DNA of 64,000 nt from Cyanophora paradoxa CCMP329. Its lineage: Eukaryota > Plantae > Glaucophyta. This document shows, one piece after another, positions 1 to 12,208 of this stretch. Every line of letters starts with the position of its first letter. Position 1 is the first letter of the stretch. The stretch lies in assembly GCA_004431415.1 (NCBI GenBank), contig QPMI01000219.1, positions 62,001 to 126,000 on the forward strand. The letters run 5' to 3'. The notes beneath the pieces were generated by a model. That model was not told where the DNA came from and made no database searches. It saw nothing but the letters and a program-made list of their open reading frames with translations. The position numbers and the translations under genes were made by a program.

Positions 1-724
1 TCCTGGCGTACGGTTGACGCTTTCCACCGGAATATTTATGAAGCATTGATACTCACATGATGCTGATCACAAATCTAGATGCATTAGAAGAAATCGATCG
101 ATAAGGAGTTCCTTCTTCCACACAATTTCTAAACTGATCTAGCCGAATTGAAATGGGGTTCCACTCTGGAATGAAATGACGCAAAGTTACATTTCTAAGT
201 TTCTGTTTTCTTCTGGTCAAGACCCCTGTGTACAAAACTCTGAGAACCTTTCCTATACCTGTGCCGCGTGAGCAAGAGGACCAGCGCTGTGTATAAAAAA
301 TCCCTGATCAAGGCTTACCGGGAGAAGGATCACCGAAAATGGAAGTCAGCGTTGTGAAATCAAACTTGGAGCTCCCATTCAAGAGATTGACGAGGGCGTC
401 GGTTACATCTACTCTGTTCATGGAAAACATGTCTTCGAGGTGAAATCTGCGACGTGTGAGAGCATCTGCGTCTTGTACACCATACACATGCACTTACGGA
501 TGCCCGTAAACTGCACTAACAATTTGTGCGGGGGGGTGGACATTATCGCAAAACGAGAAGAGCAGTCCCGAAGAAGGCACTTCTCGCGTTGAAATATCGT
601 TTGATGTCATTCCCGATGCGGGAGAACGAAAAGCTTTCTCACTTGACTGCGACAACACCCAGTACAGCTGGGGAAGAAGAAAAATAGCCAAGCACAAATG
701 CACTTGTCTCTTTTGTGGTTTCAT
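1..724 (-). CDS. Spliced host gene, 3' end outside the window: type II membrane protein with a lectin-like (SUEL/Gal-lectin-type) domain
   Basis: ATG at 724 (MKPQKRQVHLCLAIFLLPQLYWVL, hydrophobic anchor). GT-AG introns at 497-447 (51 nt), 318-259 (60 nt) and 56-3 (54 nt) join three short ORFs into IVSAVYG...VDVT...IFGDPSPGIGKVLRVLY, which matches the FGDPxPGxxKxLxVxY lectin-like motif. Confidence 0.7.
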
Positions 725-989
725 TCGAAGTATTGCACACATCGTCAGCGGAGCTGGTTCATTTGGGAGAAGCACGAAGTCCGCCAGAACCTGTCAGAGT
801 GTTTTCAAGAATGTTTTGTGTGGGTGGGAACCCCCATGAAATTTTAAAAGAAACCCAATGTTTCAGGGGGACGCATAACCCAGTGGTTAACGCCACTCCT
901 TGGCAAGCCCCCGGGCCCTGTCCTTGCTGGCCGCACATGCAGTTGTGCATAGCCGCCGCTAGGCTGTGCACAGGAGCGGCAGGCAGAGA

Positions 990-1017
990 ATTTCAGTTTC
1001 AGTTTCAGTTTCAGTTT
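990..1017 (+). repeat. (TTTCAG)n microsatellite
   Basis: About 4.5 consecutive TTTCAG units; further degenerate cagt-rich and agatgtatcc..gtcagaatcg direct repeats continue to ~1200. Confidence 0.85.
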
Positions 1018-1655
1018 GTACCGCCTAGTTGAGTTCGCCATCGGCCAGTCAGATGTATCCGTAGTCAGAATCGGCTGGCAGATAATTTCAGTACAGTCTG
1101 TACTGTACAGGCAGAGAATCGGCATCAGTTTCAGTGTGTACAGTCTAGACGAGCTCACCAGCGGCCAGTAAGATGTATCCATGGTCAGAATCGTAGATAG
1201 ATATGTAGATAGACCCCCAAAGAATCAGATACCACGCTTTATATATTTCTAGCCAGAACGCGTACGCCAGAGCTAGCCTGGCAAATCTTGTTGGCGAAAG
1301 CTAGTTCTGCTAGATGGGCGAGAACTGGGCTAGCCATGGCTCTCTAGTAGCTGGGTGGAGAACTGGGCGGGGAATGTAATTATAATAGATATTGATACGT
1401 TCTTATATATACGTATACTGATGTGCTAGTTCAGTACCCGTGTGCGGCTCCGATCGTCACTTCAATAATTTTGGCTCCAAAGAGGTGCATTCTGGTGCAG
1501 TTTGGACATGGTGCCGTGAACTGCCGCATACCAACGGTACGGCAGTGTACCGACGTGTATCTACCTAAGGCTAGCGCCTTGTGACTGCCATGGCCCAACG
1601 TCTGGCTTTGCATGTACGAGTGCGATAATTCTGCATGCAACAGCTGATAGGAATT

Positions 1656-3120
1656 TTATGGAAACAAGATGCTGTCACCTGTTATATCCCAAGCTGGAGC
1701 ACTGTGGAAGTGTGCTGCAACACCAGTTGATTTCACTCCAACATGTTGGACCAGCGACCAGGATGATGCAAACAGAGGTATGTCATGCGTTTCACAATAT
1801 TTAGTGATTGCCATATCATATCTGCGGAAAGGATCAGCAATCTCCTACCAGAAACTGAACAAAAACAAACCCATCCTGCCCAGAGTAATCAAAGCTTTGA
1901 ATTGCAAATTTAATATCTGGAACAACTGCATTGGGAAAATACGTTGCCTGTGTTCCATAGAACCAAATACCAGGGCCTGAGTAATTCACATACAGATTAC
2001 TGGGTACGAATGCCATTGTTTGAAAATCATACACAAGAGGACTGGAAAAGTCAGTATGAGAGTAGAGAGCGAGTACATAGCTGGATGTGGGATAGATCAT
2101 TGGGAAATGGACGAGTGTATAAACCTGCACCTTTTGTGTCCATCATGTGCGATTGAGCGCAACACTCGACTAAACTTTCGAATGAAGTTGGGCGAGAAAA
2201 TGATGTCATCTTCAACAACCTGTGGCAATGTTAGAAAGCAAAAGAACACAAGCAACACACACACACAAGAACTCCAGTGCAATTTTTTGTTTCGAGTCCT
2301 CGGATGTAGTTTTGGGCTGCCCTCTTTCTTAATGAAAGAGTGTTTTGGGCAGTTCCTGTTTATTGTGAGACCGCTCCATTGACCGTCGCGATACTCACCT
2401 TTTTGTGCATGGAAATTTCCCACATGAAATTCATGAGGAATTTCTAAGTGGTCACCATCATAATAGATATCCAAGCTGTCAAAGGCATAATATCCAACTG
2501 TCTGTAGAGAAGCAAGAGTTTGGGTGAGGTAGCCTGATTTTCTTGGTGAGCTTATAATTGATAGACAGATATTCAATTTTAATCTCTCGTTCAAAGATTG
2601 AGGGTGTGCCAAAGTCATCAATTGTTTCTTGTCCTCGAAGTTGAACTCATACTCCGTGACGGATCGAACACGATCCGTTGACAGTTTGACTTTAACACGC
2701 CTTATGTCGTGTCCTTTTCCGAGTTCGCACATTCTGCGGAGAACGGTTACCCTGCGTCAGGTACGCAATACTCACGCAAACCTCGCCAAGGCGTTCTGAG
2801 AGAACTGCACAAGCACGCCCTCCGGATGTGCACGGCTTCCGAGGAGACCCTAAAAACCCGAACGTACAGCATGATGTTAGTTTCAGGGACGTAAAAAAAG
2901 AAATGAGCACCTTTGCTTTTTCTGTACAGTCCCGGATCTCTTCAAAGGACTCCCGAGCTATGTGAACCACGAACGTTATTATTTCTAAACCACGAAAATC
3001 ATGAAAGATTTCAGAAGACTTTACAGCCGTGAGAGAAACGCCACGTGAATGCAACTCGAATGATAACTGTAAACAAAGAGCGATTGACAAAAGAATACAC
3101 AGTCGGTGCACACGTTTCAT
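1656..3120 (-). CDS. Spliced glycosyltransferase, GT-A fold, MGAT4/GT54-like
   Basis: ATG at 3120 with N-terminal anchor (RLCILLSIALCLQLSF). Motifs SPRKSGYLTQTLASL, VVEDDIIFSPNF and last-exon SLVQHVGVKST are visible. Several short GT-AG introns have CTAAC/CTGAT branch-like sites. TAA stop at 1658-1656. Internal exon boundaries are not all resolved. Confidence 0.72.
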
Positions 3121-3274
3121 TCTTGCGTTCGTGCCGCAACGACTGGGACAAAGGAATGGGGCCGCAAGCCCCATTCCCAGTTCGCATGACGTTGAAGCCA
3201 AGGAGCACACTGAAGCCCTCCCTCCGCTCTGCTGGGTAGGGTAGCCGCAGAGGGCTTGATGCCCTGTCCAGTAA

Positions 3275-4357
3275 CTACAAATCCGAGATATTCCAATTCA
3301 GCCTTGAAGAATTTTTTCGAGGCGGTGCCCCAGGTCTATTCTGACACTGGTCCGGATCATGCCAGGAGAACAAATCCAGAAACCGTCCACAATGTGGGCA
3401 TCCAGGCCGTGACCCAGCAGATCCAGAAGGCATATTTTCAATATTTATCCCTATATTTCCAACGTTTCCCAGCCGATTCGTTGCATTGGCAGCCGAAGTT
3501 GACATGGCATTGCCAACAGCTGACACTCCCACCTGCTGCATATTTGGTTGGCTAAACACCAACGGAACACTTTTCGCATTCTCTGCCTTCTCCCGGCATT
3601 TAAGAAAATCATCGACCGTCTTAATATCACCTTTCTTAATATCACCATTCCAAATGTAAAAACCCACGCTCAACTAAAATTCCGTTAACTTTGGAAACTC
3701 GATTAAGTCCGAATTCATCTGTATTCGCAGCAGTGACCCGTCGTCTCGTGTGTTTTTTCTGCCCGTAGTGGAAGCCCATCGCATAATTGGACGCAGCTCC
3801 TCTATATTAATGTAGATGTAGGGGATTGCATTAAAATCGACGGCCTTTGGGCAGGTAAACATATGGTAAACTGCATCCTCTCCATACTCATATGGTGTGC
3901 TTTCGTAAATTACGTTTGGCTCTATCCCAAGTGCATCGCTCAGCTCCTGAAAAATGCACGAGAGTTGAAAGCGAGAGCCCCCGTCATTGTGGAATACAAA
4001 TCGCTGCGTGTCAAGGTCTATATGTACATCCATGAGACCTGGCAGACCCTGGTGTACAGGCACTCGCTCAGTTATCGTCACACCATTTTTATTAACAGTT
4101 CTCGTTTCGTACCAATCGTTTATTGATGGGACTTTTTTCAGGTTTATTTCTTGCGGAAAGTGGTCAGGTGTGTATGTCTCTCTCCCCCCGTCTGGATACT
4201 CCACAGTGAAATACTGCCCGTCTGGTATGACATAGGCACTGTTTGGGATTTCTGCCGAGATAACTCGGAATTTCTTGACGTGGTTCAGTTTGTGTTTCAG
4301 GTGCAGAACACCATCTTCCATGTCGCGGCTGTCTACGTTGATAATGTGCCTCTTCAT
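3275..4357 (-). pseudogene. Endogenous viral minor capsid (penton)-like gene 1, with one in-frame TAG
   Basis: Intronless. N-terminus HIINVDSRD...LNHVKKFRVISAEIPNS and later CPKAVDFNAIPYIYINIEEL resemble single jelly-roll penton proteins of NCLDV/Polinton-like viruses. After the TAG at 3676-3674 the same frame continues (LSVGFYIWNG...). The true 3' end is uncertain. Confidence 0.62.
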
Positions 4358-4380
4358 TTTTGTTTTCTTACTATAAGTAA

Positions 4381-4975
4381 ATGAAAAATATATTGGGTTC
4401 TCCTCCGCAGACCGAGACCCTGGCTATGAGGACGTCAATCACTACACAGTGACCCTTTCAAAACGGTACGAAAATGTCAAGACTGTGAAGCTGCTTCAAG
4501 CAACCATCCCAAACACAACCCAGACCGTGACTTCGGACTATGATACAAACAGCAACAAGATTAAAGGGTTTGAAATCTACATCGCCACACTCAGTAATGC
4601 GGCAGGCAATTTTAGGTCAATTCGGATTAGTGCAGGATATTACACGAAGGACGATTTGGCAGCTGAAATTACGAAATTGCTGTCCAGTAAAAACAACAGT
4701 GATGACGCCAATGGGTTTGAACTTGGCAACTATGTGAAGTGCAGGTACAACAACACTGTAGGTGCATACGAATTTTACAGTAATGTTGTGTTCTTCCTGA
4801 CTTTTTCGTTGAAACCATTGAAGAACATGAAAAATAGCCAGAAGAACACACTGAACAAGAAGATGGCAGTGCTTGGTTTCAGGACCCAGGACATATATAC
4901 CAGCACCAACTATGATGTTGTAGCGGGGGACACGTTTGTTCAAGAGAGCGGCTCCACTCTGAATAAAAGGATACG
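4381..4975 (+). pseudogene. Endogenous viral minor capsid (penton)-like gene 2, 3'-truncated
   Basis: ATG at 4381 is one base out of frame in an A5 run. Restoring one A gives MKKYIGFSSADRDPGYEDVNHYTVTLSKRYENVKTVKLLQATIPNT...ISAGYYTKDDLAAEI, the same motif set as gene 1. The gene is cut off at 4975 by a GC-rich repeat. Confidence 0.65.
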
Positions 4976-6039
4976 GGCGGGGTAGACCCGCGAGCTCAGC
5001 GCGAGAGACGGCGCTGGCGGCGCCCGCCGCGGGGCCCAGAGAGCCGGTGGGGCGAGGGCGCGGGGAGGCGGCAGCGGCGCCTCCGGAGGGGCGGGGTAGA
5101 CCCGCGAACTCGGCGCGAGAGACGGAGCCCGCAGCGCCTGCCGCGGGGCCCGGAGGGCCGGCGGGGCGAGGGCGCGGGGAGGCGGCAGCGGCGCCTCCGG
5201 AGGGGCGGGGTAGACCCGCGGACGCAGCGCGAGAGACGGCGCCCGCAGCGCCCGCCGTGGGGCCGGGGGCCGGCGGGGCGAGGCGCGGGGAGGCGGCAGC
5301 GGCGCCTCCGGAGGGCGGGGTAGACCCGCGAACTCAGCGCGAGGGACGGCGCCTGCCGCGGGCCCGGAGGGCCGGCAGGGCGGGCTGCAGGGAAGGAGTT
5401 CTTGGCAGGGAGATGGGAGGGAGAGGGGCTGAGAAGGCGCGCAGCCTGCGGGGCGGGCGCCGGGAGTGGCCGCTGGGGGAGGCGGCGGCCGCGCCGGAGC
5501 GCGAGGGGGCTCAGAGGGGCCGCGCGAGCGGCCTCCGTCCCGCGGGAAGCCGTGGGCGAACCCGTGTGCGAGGCGGGCGGCAAGGGAGGGATCGGGGTGG
5601 CCCTCCAGGGCTGCGGCGATGCGATCGGGCCGCACGGGCGTGGGGCGAGGCGGGGCGGGACGCCTGGGAGGAGCTCGTCGACATCAAAGTCAGGGACCTC
5701 AATGGAGAAAGGCGGCGGCGGCGGCGGCGCCCTGCCCCCTGCGAGGAGGCGCGGCCCGGCGTCCGGAAGGCCCGAGCCTTGAGCGCCAGCGGCGCTCGCC
5801 GCGGGGCCTGGAGGGCCGGCGGGGCGAGGGCACGGGGAGGCGGCAGCGGCGCCTCCGGAGGGGCGGGGTAGACCCGCGAGCTCAGCGCGAGAGACAGCGC
5901 CGGCGGCGCCCGCCGCGGGGCCCGGGGGCCGGCGGGCGAGGGCGCGGGGAGGCGGCAGCGGCGCCTCCGGAGGGGCGGGGTAGACCCGCAAGCTCAGCGC
6001 GAGAGACGGCGCTGGCGGCGCCCGCCGTGGGGCGGCGCT
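4976..6039. repeat. Very GC-rich block of ~112-113-bp tandem repeats around a unique core
   Basis: Unit ggggcggggtagacccgcgagctcagcgcgagagacggcg...ggcagcggcgcctccgga repeats ~3.5x at 4976-5380 and ~2x at 5800-6030. The core (5380-5790) may be a coding fragment on the - strand (FSIEVPDFDVDELLPG). Confidence 0.85.
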
Positions 6040-9000
6040 TGCACAAGGCACTTGCCTTGTGCACCCTGGCATGTGCACCCTGCACCAGCAAGTCACTCAG
6101 TCGAAGGCCCCAGGTTTGGGATCTGCCACAAAATAGAAGAAAGATGCACCCCAAATCTCTCTGGGGGAATATGCATGAGGCTAGCCTTAGGCAGATGACC
6201 CACCCACCTGCAAGCCACTCAGTCAAAGGCCCCAGGTTTCTGATCCGCCACAAAATTGAAGACAAATGCACCCCAAATCTCTCCTGGGGAATAGGTTTGA
6301 GGTTTCCAGTCACTCAGTCAAAGGCCCCAGGTTTCCAATCTGCCACAAAAAAGAAGAAAGATGCACTCCAAATGTCTCTGGGGGAATATGCACAAGGCGC
6401 TAGCCTTAGGCAGATGACCCACCTCAAAGCAAGTAGCTCAGTCAAAGGGCCCAGGTTTCCTATCTGCCAGACAAAAGAAGAAAGATGCACCCCAAATCTC
6501 TCTGGGGGAATATGCACAAGGCGCTAGCCTTAGGCAGATGACCCGCCTCAAAGCAAGTTACTCAGTCAAAGGCCCCAGGTTTCCGATCTGCCAGAAAAAA
6601 GAGGAAAGATGCACCCCAAATCTCTCTGTGGGGCAATTTTAGGTCAATTCGGATTAGTGCAGGATATTACACAAAGGACGATTTGGCAGCTGAAATTACG
6701 AAATTGCTGTCCAGTAAAAACAACAGTGATGACGCCAATGGGTTTGAACTTGGCAACTATGTGAAGTGCAGGTACAGCAACACTGTAGGTGCATACGAAT
6801 TTTACAGTAATGTTGTGTTCTTCCTGATTTTTTGGTTGAAACCATTGAAGAACACGAACAATAGCCAGAAGAACACACTGAACAAGAAGATGGCAGTGTT
6901 TGGTTTCAGGACCCAAGATATATATACCAGCACCAACTATGATGTTGTAGCGGGAGACACGTTTGTTCAAGAGAGCGGCTCCACTCTGAATAAAAGGAAA
7001 CGAACATGCACAAGGCACTTGCCTTGTGCACCCTGGCATGTGCACCCTGCACCAGCAAGTCACTCAGTGGAAGGCCCCAGGTTTGGGATCTGCCACAAAA
7101 TAGAAGAAAGATGCACCCCAAATCTCTCTGGGGGAATATGCATGAGGCTAGCCTTAGGCAGATGACCCACCCACCTGCAAGCCACTCAGTCAAAGGCCCC
7201 AGGTTTCTGATCCGCCACAAAATTGAAGACAAATGCACCCCAAATCTCTCCTGGGGAATAGGTTTGAGGTTTCCAGTCACTCAGTCAAAGGCCCCAGGTT
7301 TCCAATCTGCCACAAAAAAGAAGAAAGATGCACTCCAAATGTCTCTGGGGGAATATGCACAAGGCGCTAGCCTTAGGCACATGACCCACCTCAAAGCAAG
7401 TAGCTCAGTCAAAGGGCCCAGGTTTCCTATCTGCCAGACAAAAGAAGAAAGATGCACCCCAAATCTCTCTGGGGGAATATGCACAAGGCGCTAGCCTTAG
7501 GCAGATGACCCACCTAAATGCAAGTTACTCAGTCAAAGGCCCCAGGTTTCCGATCTGCCAGAAAAAAGAGGAAAGATGCACCCCAAATCTCTCTGTGGGG
7601 CAATTTTAGGCCAATTCGGATTAGTGCAGGATATTACACGAAGGACGATTTGGCAGCTGAAATTACGAAATTGCTGTCCAGTAAAAACAACAGTGATGAC
7701 GCCAATGGGTTTGAACTTGGCAACTATGTGAAGTGCAGGTACAGCAACACTGTAGGTGCATACGAATTTTACAGTAATGTTGTGTTCTTCCTGATTTTTT
7801 GGTTGAAACCATTGAAGAACACGAACAATAGCCAGAAGAACACACTGAACAAGAAGATGGCAGTGCTTGGTTTCAGGACCCAAGATATATATACCAGCAC
7901 CAACTATGATGTTGTAGCGGGGGACACGTTTGTTCAAGAGAGCGGCTCCACTCTGAATAAAAGGAAACGAACATGCACAAGGCACTTGCCTTGTGCACCC
8001 TGGCATGTGCACCCTGCACCAGCAAGTCACTCAGTGGAAGGCCCCAGGTTTGGGATCTGCCACAAAATAGAAGAAAGATGCACCCCAAATCTCTCTGGGG
8101 GAATATGCATGAGGCAAGCCTTCGGCAGATGACCCACCCACCTGCAAGCCACTCAGTCAAAGGCCCCAGGTTTCTGATCCGCCACAAAATTGAAGACAAA
8201 TGCACCCCAAATCTCTCCTGGGGAATAGGTTTGAGGTTTCCAGTCACTCAGTCAAAGGCCCCAGGTTTCCAATCTGCCACAAAAAAGAAGAAAGATGCAC
8301 TCCAAATGTCTCTGGGGGAATATGCACAAGGCGCTAGCCTTAGGCACATGACCCACCTCAAAGCAAGTAGCTCAGTCAAAGGGCCCAGGTTTCCTATCTG
8401 CCAGACAAAAGAAGAAAGATGCACCCCAAATCTCTCTGGGGGAATATGCACAAGGCGCTAGCCTTAGGCAGATGACCCACCTAAATGCAAGTTACTCAGT
8501 CAAAGGCCCCAGGTTTCCGATCTGCCAGAAAAAAGAGGAAAGATGCACCCCAAATCTCTCTGTGGGGCAATTTTAGGCCAATTCGGATTAGTGCAGGATA
8601 TTACACGAAGGACGATTTGGCAGCTGAAATTACGAAATTGCTGTCCAGTAAAAACAACAGTGATGACGCCAATGGGTTTGAACTTGGCAACTATGTGAAG
8701 TGCAGGTACAGCAACACTGTAGGTGCATACGAATTTTACAGTAATGTTGTGTTCTTCCTGATTTTTTGGTTGAAACCATTGAAGAACACGAACAATAGCC
8801 AGAAGAACACACTGAACAAGAAGATGGCAGTGCTTGGTTTCAGGACCCAAGATATATATACCAGCACCAACTATGATGTTGTAGCGGGGGACACGTTTGT
8901 TCAAGAGAGCGGCTCCACTCTGAATAAAAGGAAACGAACATGCACAAGGCACTTGCCTTGTGCACCCTGGCATGTGCACCCTGCACCAGCAAGTCACTCA

Positions 9001-12000
9001 GTGGAAGGCCCCAGGTTTGGGATCTGCCACAAAATAGAAGAAAGATGCACCCCAAATCTCTCTGGGGGAATATGCATGAGGCAAGCCTTCGGCAGATGAC
9101 CCACCCACCTGCAAGCCACTCAGTCAAAGGCCCCAGGTTTCTGATCCGCCACAAAATTGAAGACAAATGCACCCCAAATCTCTCCTGGGGAATAGGTTTG
9201 AGGTTTCCAGTCACTCAGTCAAAGGCCCCAGGTTTCCAATCTGCCACAAAAAAGAAGAAAGATGCACTCCAAATGTCTCTGGGGGAATATGCACAAGGCG
9301 CTAGCCTTAGGCACATGACCCACCTCAAAGCAAGTGGCTCAGTCAAAGGGCCCAGGTTTCCTATCTGCCAGACAAAAGAAGAAAGATGCACCCCAAATCT
9401 CTCTGGGGGAATATGCACAAGGCGCTAGCCTTAGGCAGATGACCCACCTAAATGCAAGTTACTCAGTCAAAGGCCCCAGGTTTCCGATCTGCCAGAAAAA
9501 AGAGGAAAGATGCACCCCAAATCTCTCTGTGGGGCAATTTTAGGCCAATTCGGATTAGTGCAGGATATTACACGAAGGACGATTTGGCAGCTGAAATTAC
9601 GAAATTGCTGTCCAGTAAAAACAACAGTGATGATGCCAATGGGTTTGAACTTGGCAACTATGTGAAGTGCAGGTACAGCAACACTGTAGGTGCATACGAA
9701 TTTTACAGTAATGTTGTGTTCTTCCTGATTTTTTGGTTGAAACCATTGAAGAACACGAACAATAGCCAGAAGAACACACTGAACAAGAAGATGGCAGTGT
9801 TTGGTTTCAGGACCCAAGATATATATACCAGCACCAACTATGAATTTGTAGCGGGGGACACGTTTGTTCAAGAGAGCGGCTCCACTCTGAATAAAAGGAT
9901 ACGAACATGCACAAGGCACTTGCCTTGTGCACCCTGGCATGTGCACCCTGCACCAGCAAGTCACTCAGTGGAAGGCCCCAGGTTTGGGATCTGCCACAAA
10001 ATAGAAGAAAGATGCACCCCAAATCTCTCTGGGGGAATATGCATGAGGCTAGCCTTAGGCAGATGACCCACCCACCTGCAAGCCACTCAGTCAAAGGCCC
10101 CAGGTTTCTGATCCGCCACAAAATTGAAGACAAATGCACCCCAAATCTCTCCTGGGGAATAGGTTTGAGGTTTCCAGTCACTCAGTCAAAGGCCCCAGGT
10201 TTCCAATCTGCCACAAAAAGAAGAAAGATGCACTCCAAATGTCTCTGGGGGAATATGCACAAGGCGCTAGCCTTAGGCAGATGACCCACCTCAAAGCAAG
10301 TAGCTCAGTCAAAGGGCCCAGGTTTCCTATCTGCCAGACAAAAGAAGAAAGATGCACCCCAAATCTCTCTGGGGGAATATGCACAAGGCGCTAGCCTTAG
10401 GCAGATGACCCACCTAAAAGCAAGTTACTCAGTCAAAGGCCCCAGGTTTCCGATCTGCCAGAAAAAAGAGGAAAGATGCACCCCAAATCTCTCTGTGGGG
10501 CAATTTTAGGTCAATTCGGATTAGTGCAGGATATTACACGAAGGACGATTTGGCAGCTGAAATTACGAAAGTGCTGTCCAGTAAAAACAACAGTGATGAC
10601 GCCAATGGGTTTGAACTTGGCAACTATGTGAAGTGCAGGTACAGCAACACTGTAGGTGCATACGAATTTTACAGTAATGTTGTGTTCTTCCTGATTTTTT
10701 GGTTGAAACCATTGAAGAACACGACCAATAGCCAGAAGAACACACTGAACAAGAAGATGGCAGTGCTTGGTTTCAGGACCCAAGATATATATACCAGCAC
10801 CAACTATGATGTTGTAGCGGGGGACACGTTTGTTCAAGAGAGTGGCTCCACTCTGAATAAAAGGATACGAACATGCACAAGGCACTTGCCTTGTGCACCC
10901 TGGCATGTGCACCCTGCACCAGCAAGTCACTCAGTGGAAGGCCCCAGGTTTGGGATCTGCCACAAAATAGAAGAAAGATGCACCCCAAATCTCTCTGGGG
11001 GAATATGCATGAGGCTAGCCTTAGGCAGATGACCCACCCACCTGCAAGCCACTCAGTCAAAGGCCCCAGGTTTCTGATCCGCCACAAAATTGAAGACAAA
11101 TGCACCCCAAATCTCTCTGGGGGAATATGCACAAGGCGCTAGCCTTAGGCAGATGAACCCACCCACCAGCAAATCACTCAGTCAAAGGCCCCAGGTTTCC
11201 GATCGGCCACAAAAGAGAAGAAAGATGCACCCCAAATCTCTCTGGGGGAATATGCAAAAGGCGCTAGCCTTAGGCAGATGACCCACCCACCTGCAAGCCA
11301 CTCAGTCAAAGGCCCCAGGTTTCTGATCCGCCACAAAATTGAAGATGGATGCACCCCAAATCTCTCTGGGTGAATATGCACAAGGCGCTAGCCTTAGGCA
11401 GATGAACCCACCCACCAGCAAATCACTCAGTCAAAGGCCCCAGGTTTCTGATCGGCCACAAGATGCACCCCAAATCTCTCCTGGGGAATAGGTTTGAGGT
11501 TTCCAGTCACTCAGTCAAAGGCCCCAGGTTTCCAATCTGCCACAAAAGAGAAGAAAGATGCACTCCAAATGTCTCTGGGGGAATATGCACAAGGCGCTAG
11601 CCATAGGCAGATGACCCACCTCAAAGCAAGTAGCTCAGTCAAAGGGCCCAGGTTTCCTATCTGCCAGACAAAAGAAGAAAGATGCACCCCAAATCTCTCT
11701 GGGGGAATATGCACAAGGCGCTAGCCTTACGCAGATGACCCACCTAAAAGCAAGTTACTCAGTCAAAGGCCCCAGGTTTCCGATCTGCCAGAAAAAAGAG
11801 GAAAGATGCACCCCAAATCTCTCTGTGGGGCAATTTTAGGTCAATTCGGATTAGTGCAGGATATTACACGAAGGACGATTTGGCAGCTGAAATTACGAAA
11901 GTGCTGTCCAGTAAAAACAACAGTGATGACGCCAATGGGTTTGAACTTGGCAACTATGTGAAGTGCAGGTACAGCAACACTGTAGGTGCATACGAATTTT

Positions 12001-12208
12001 ACAGTAATGTTGTGTTCTTCCTGATTTTTTGGTTGAAACCATTGAAGAACACGAACAATAGCCAGAAGAACACACTGAACAAGAAGAAAAAAAAATTTGC
12101 TCGGATAGGTCCGGCCAGGCAGGGAGGCGGTTGCCCCCCGCCCCACGCGCCGCTGTTTCCAGCGGCTCGGCCGGACCCTAGGCGCTTTATTTACGATACC
12201 TTAGGCGG

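Noticed and set aside
494-496. In-frame TAA between two adjacent ORFs
   Set aside because: It is part of the GTAAG donor of a 51-nt intron.
3674-3676. TAG reassignment or read-through (in-frame TAGs at 3674, 16464 and in the F-box units)
   Set aside because: Only one TAG occurs in ~2700 LINE codons and none in the 315-aa GT. These loci carry other lesions, and an in-frame TGA occurs in a neighbouring pseudogene, so ordinary nonsense mutation is simpler. Codon analysis of conserved genes would settle it.
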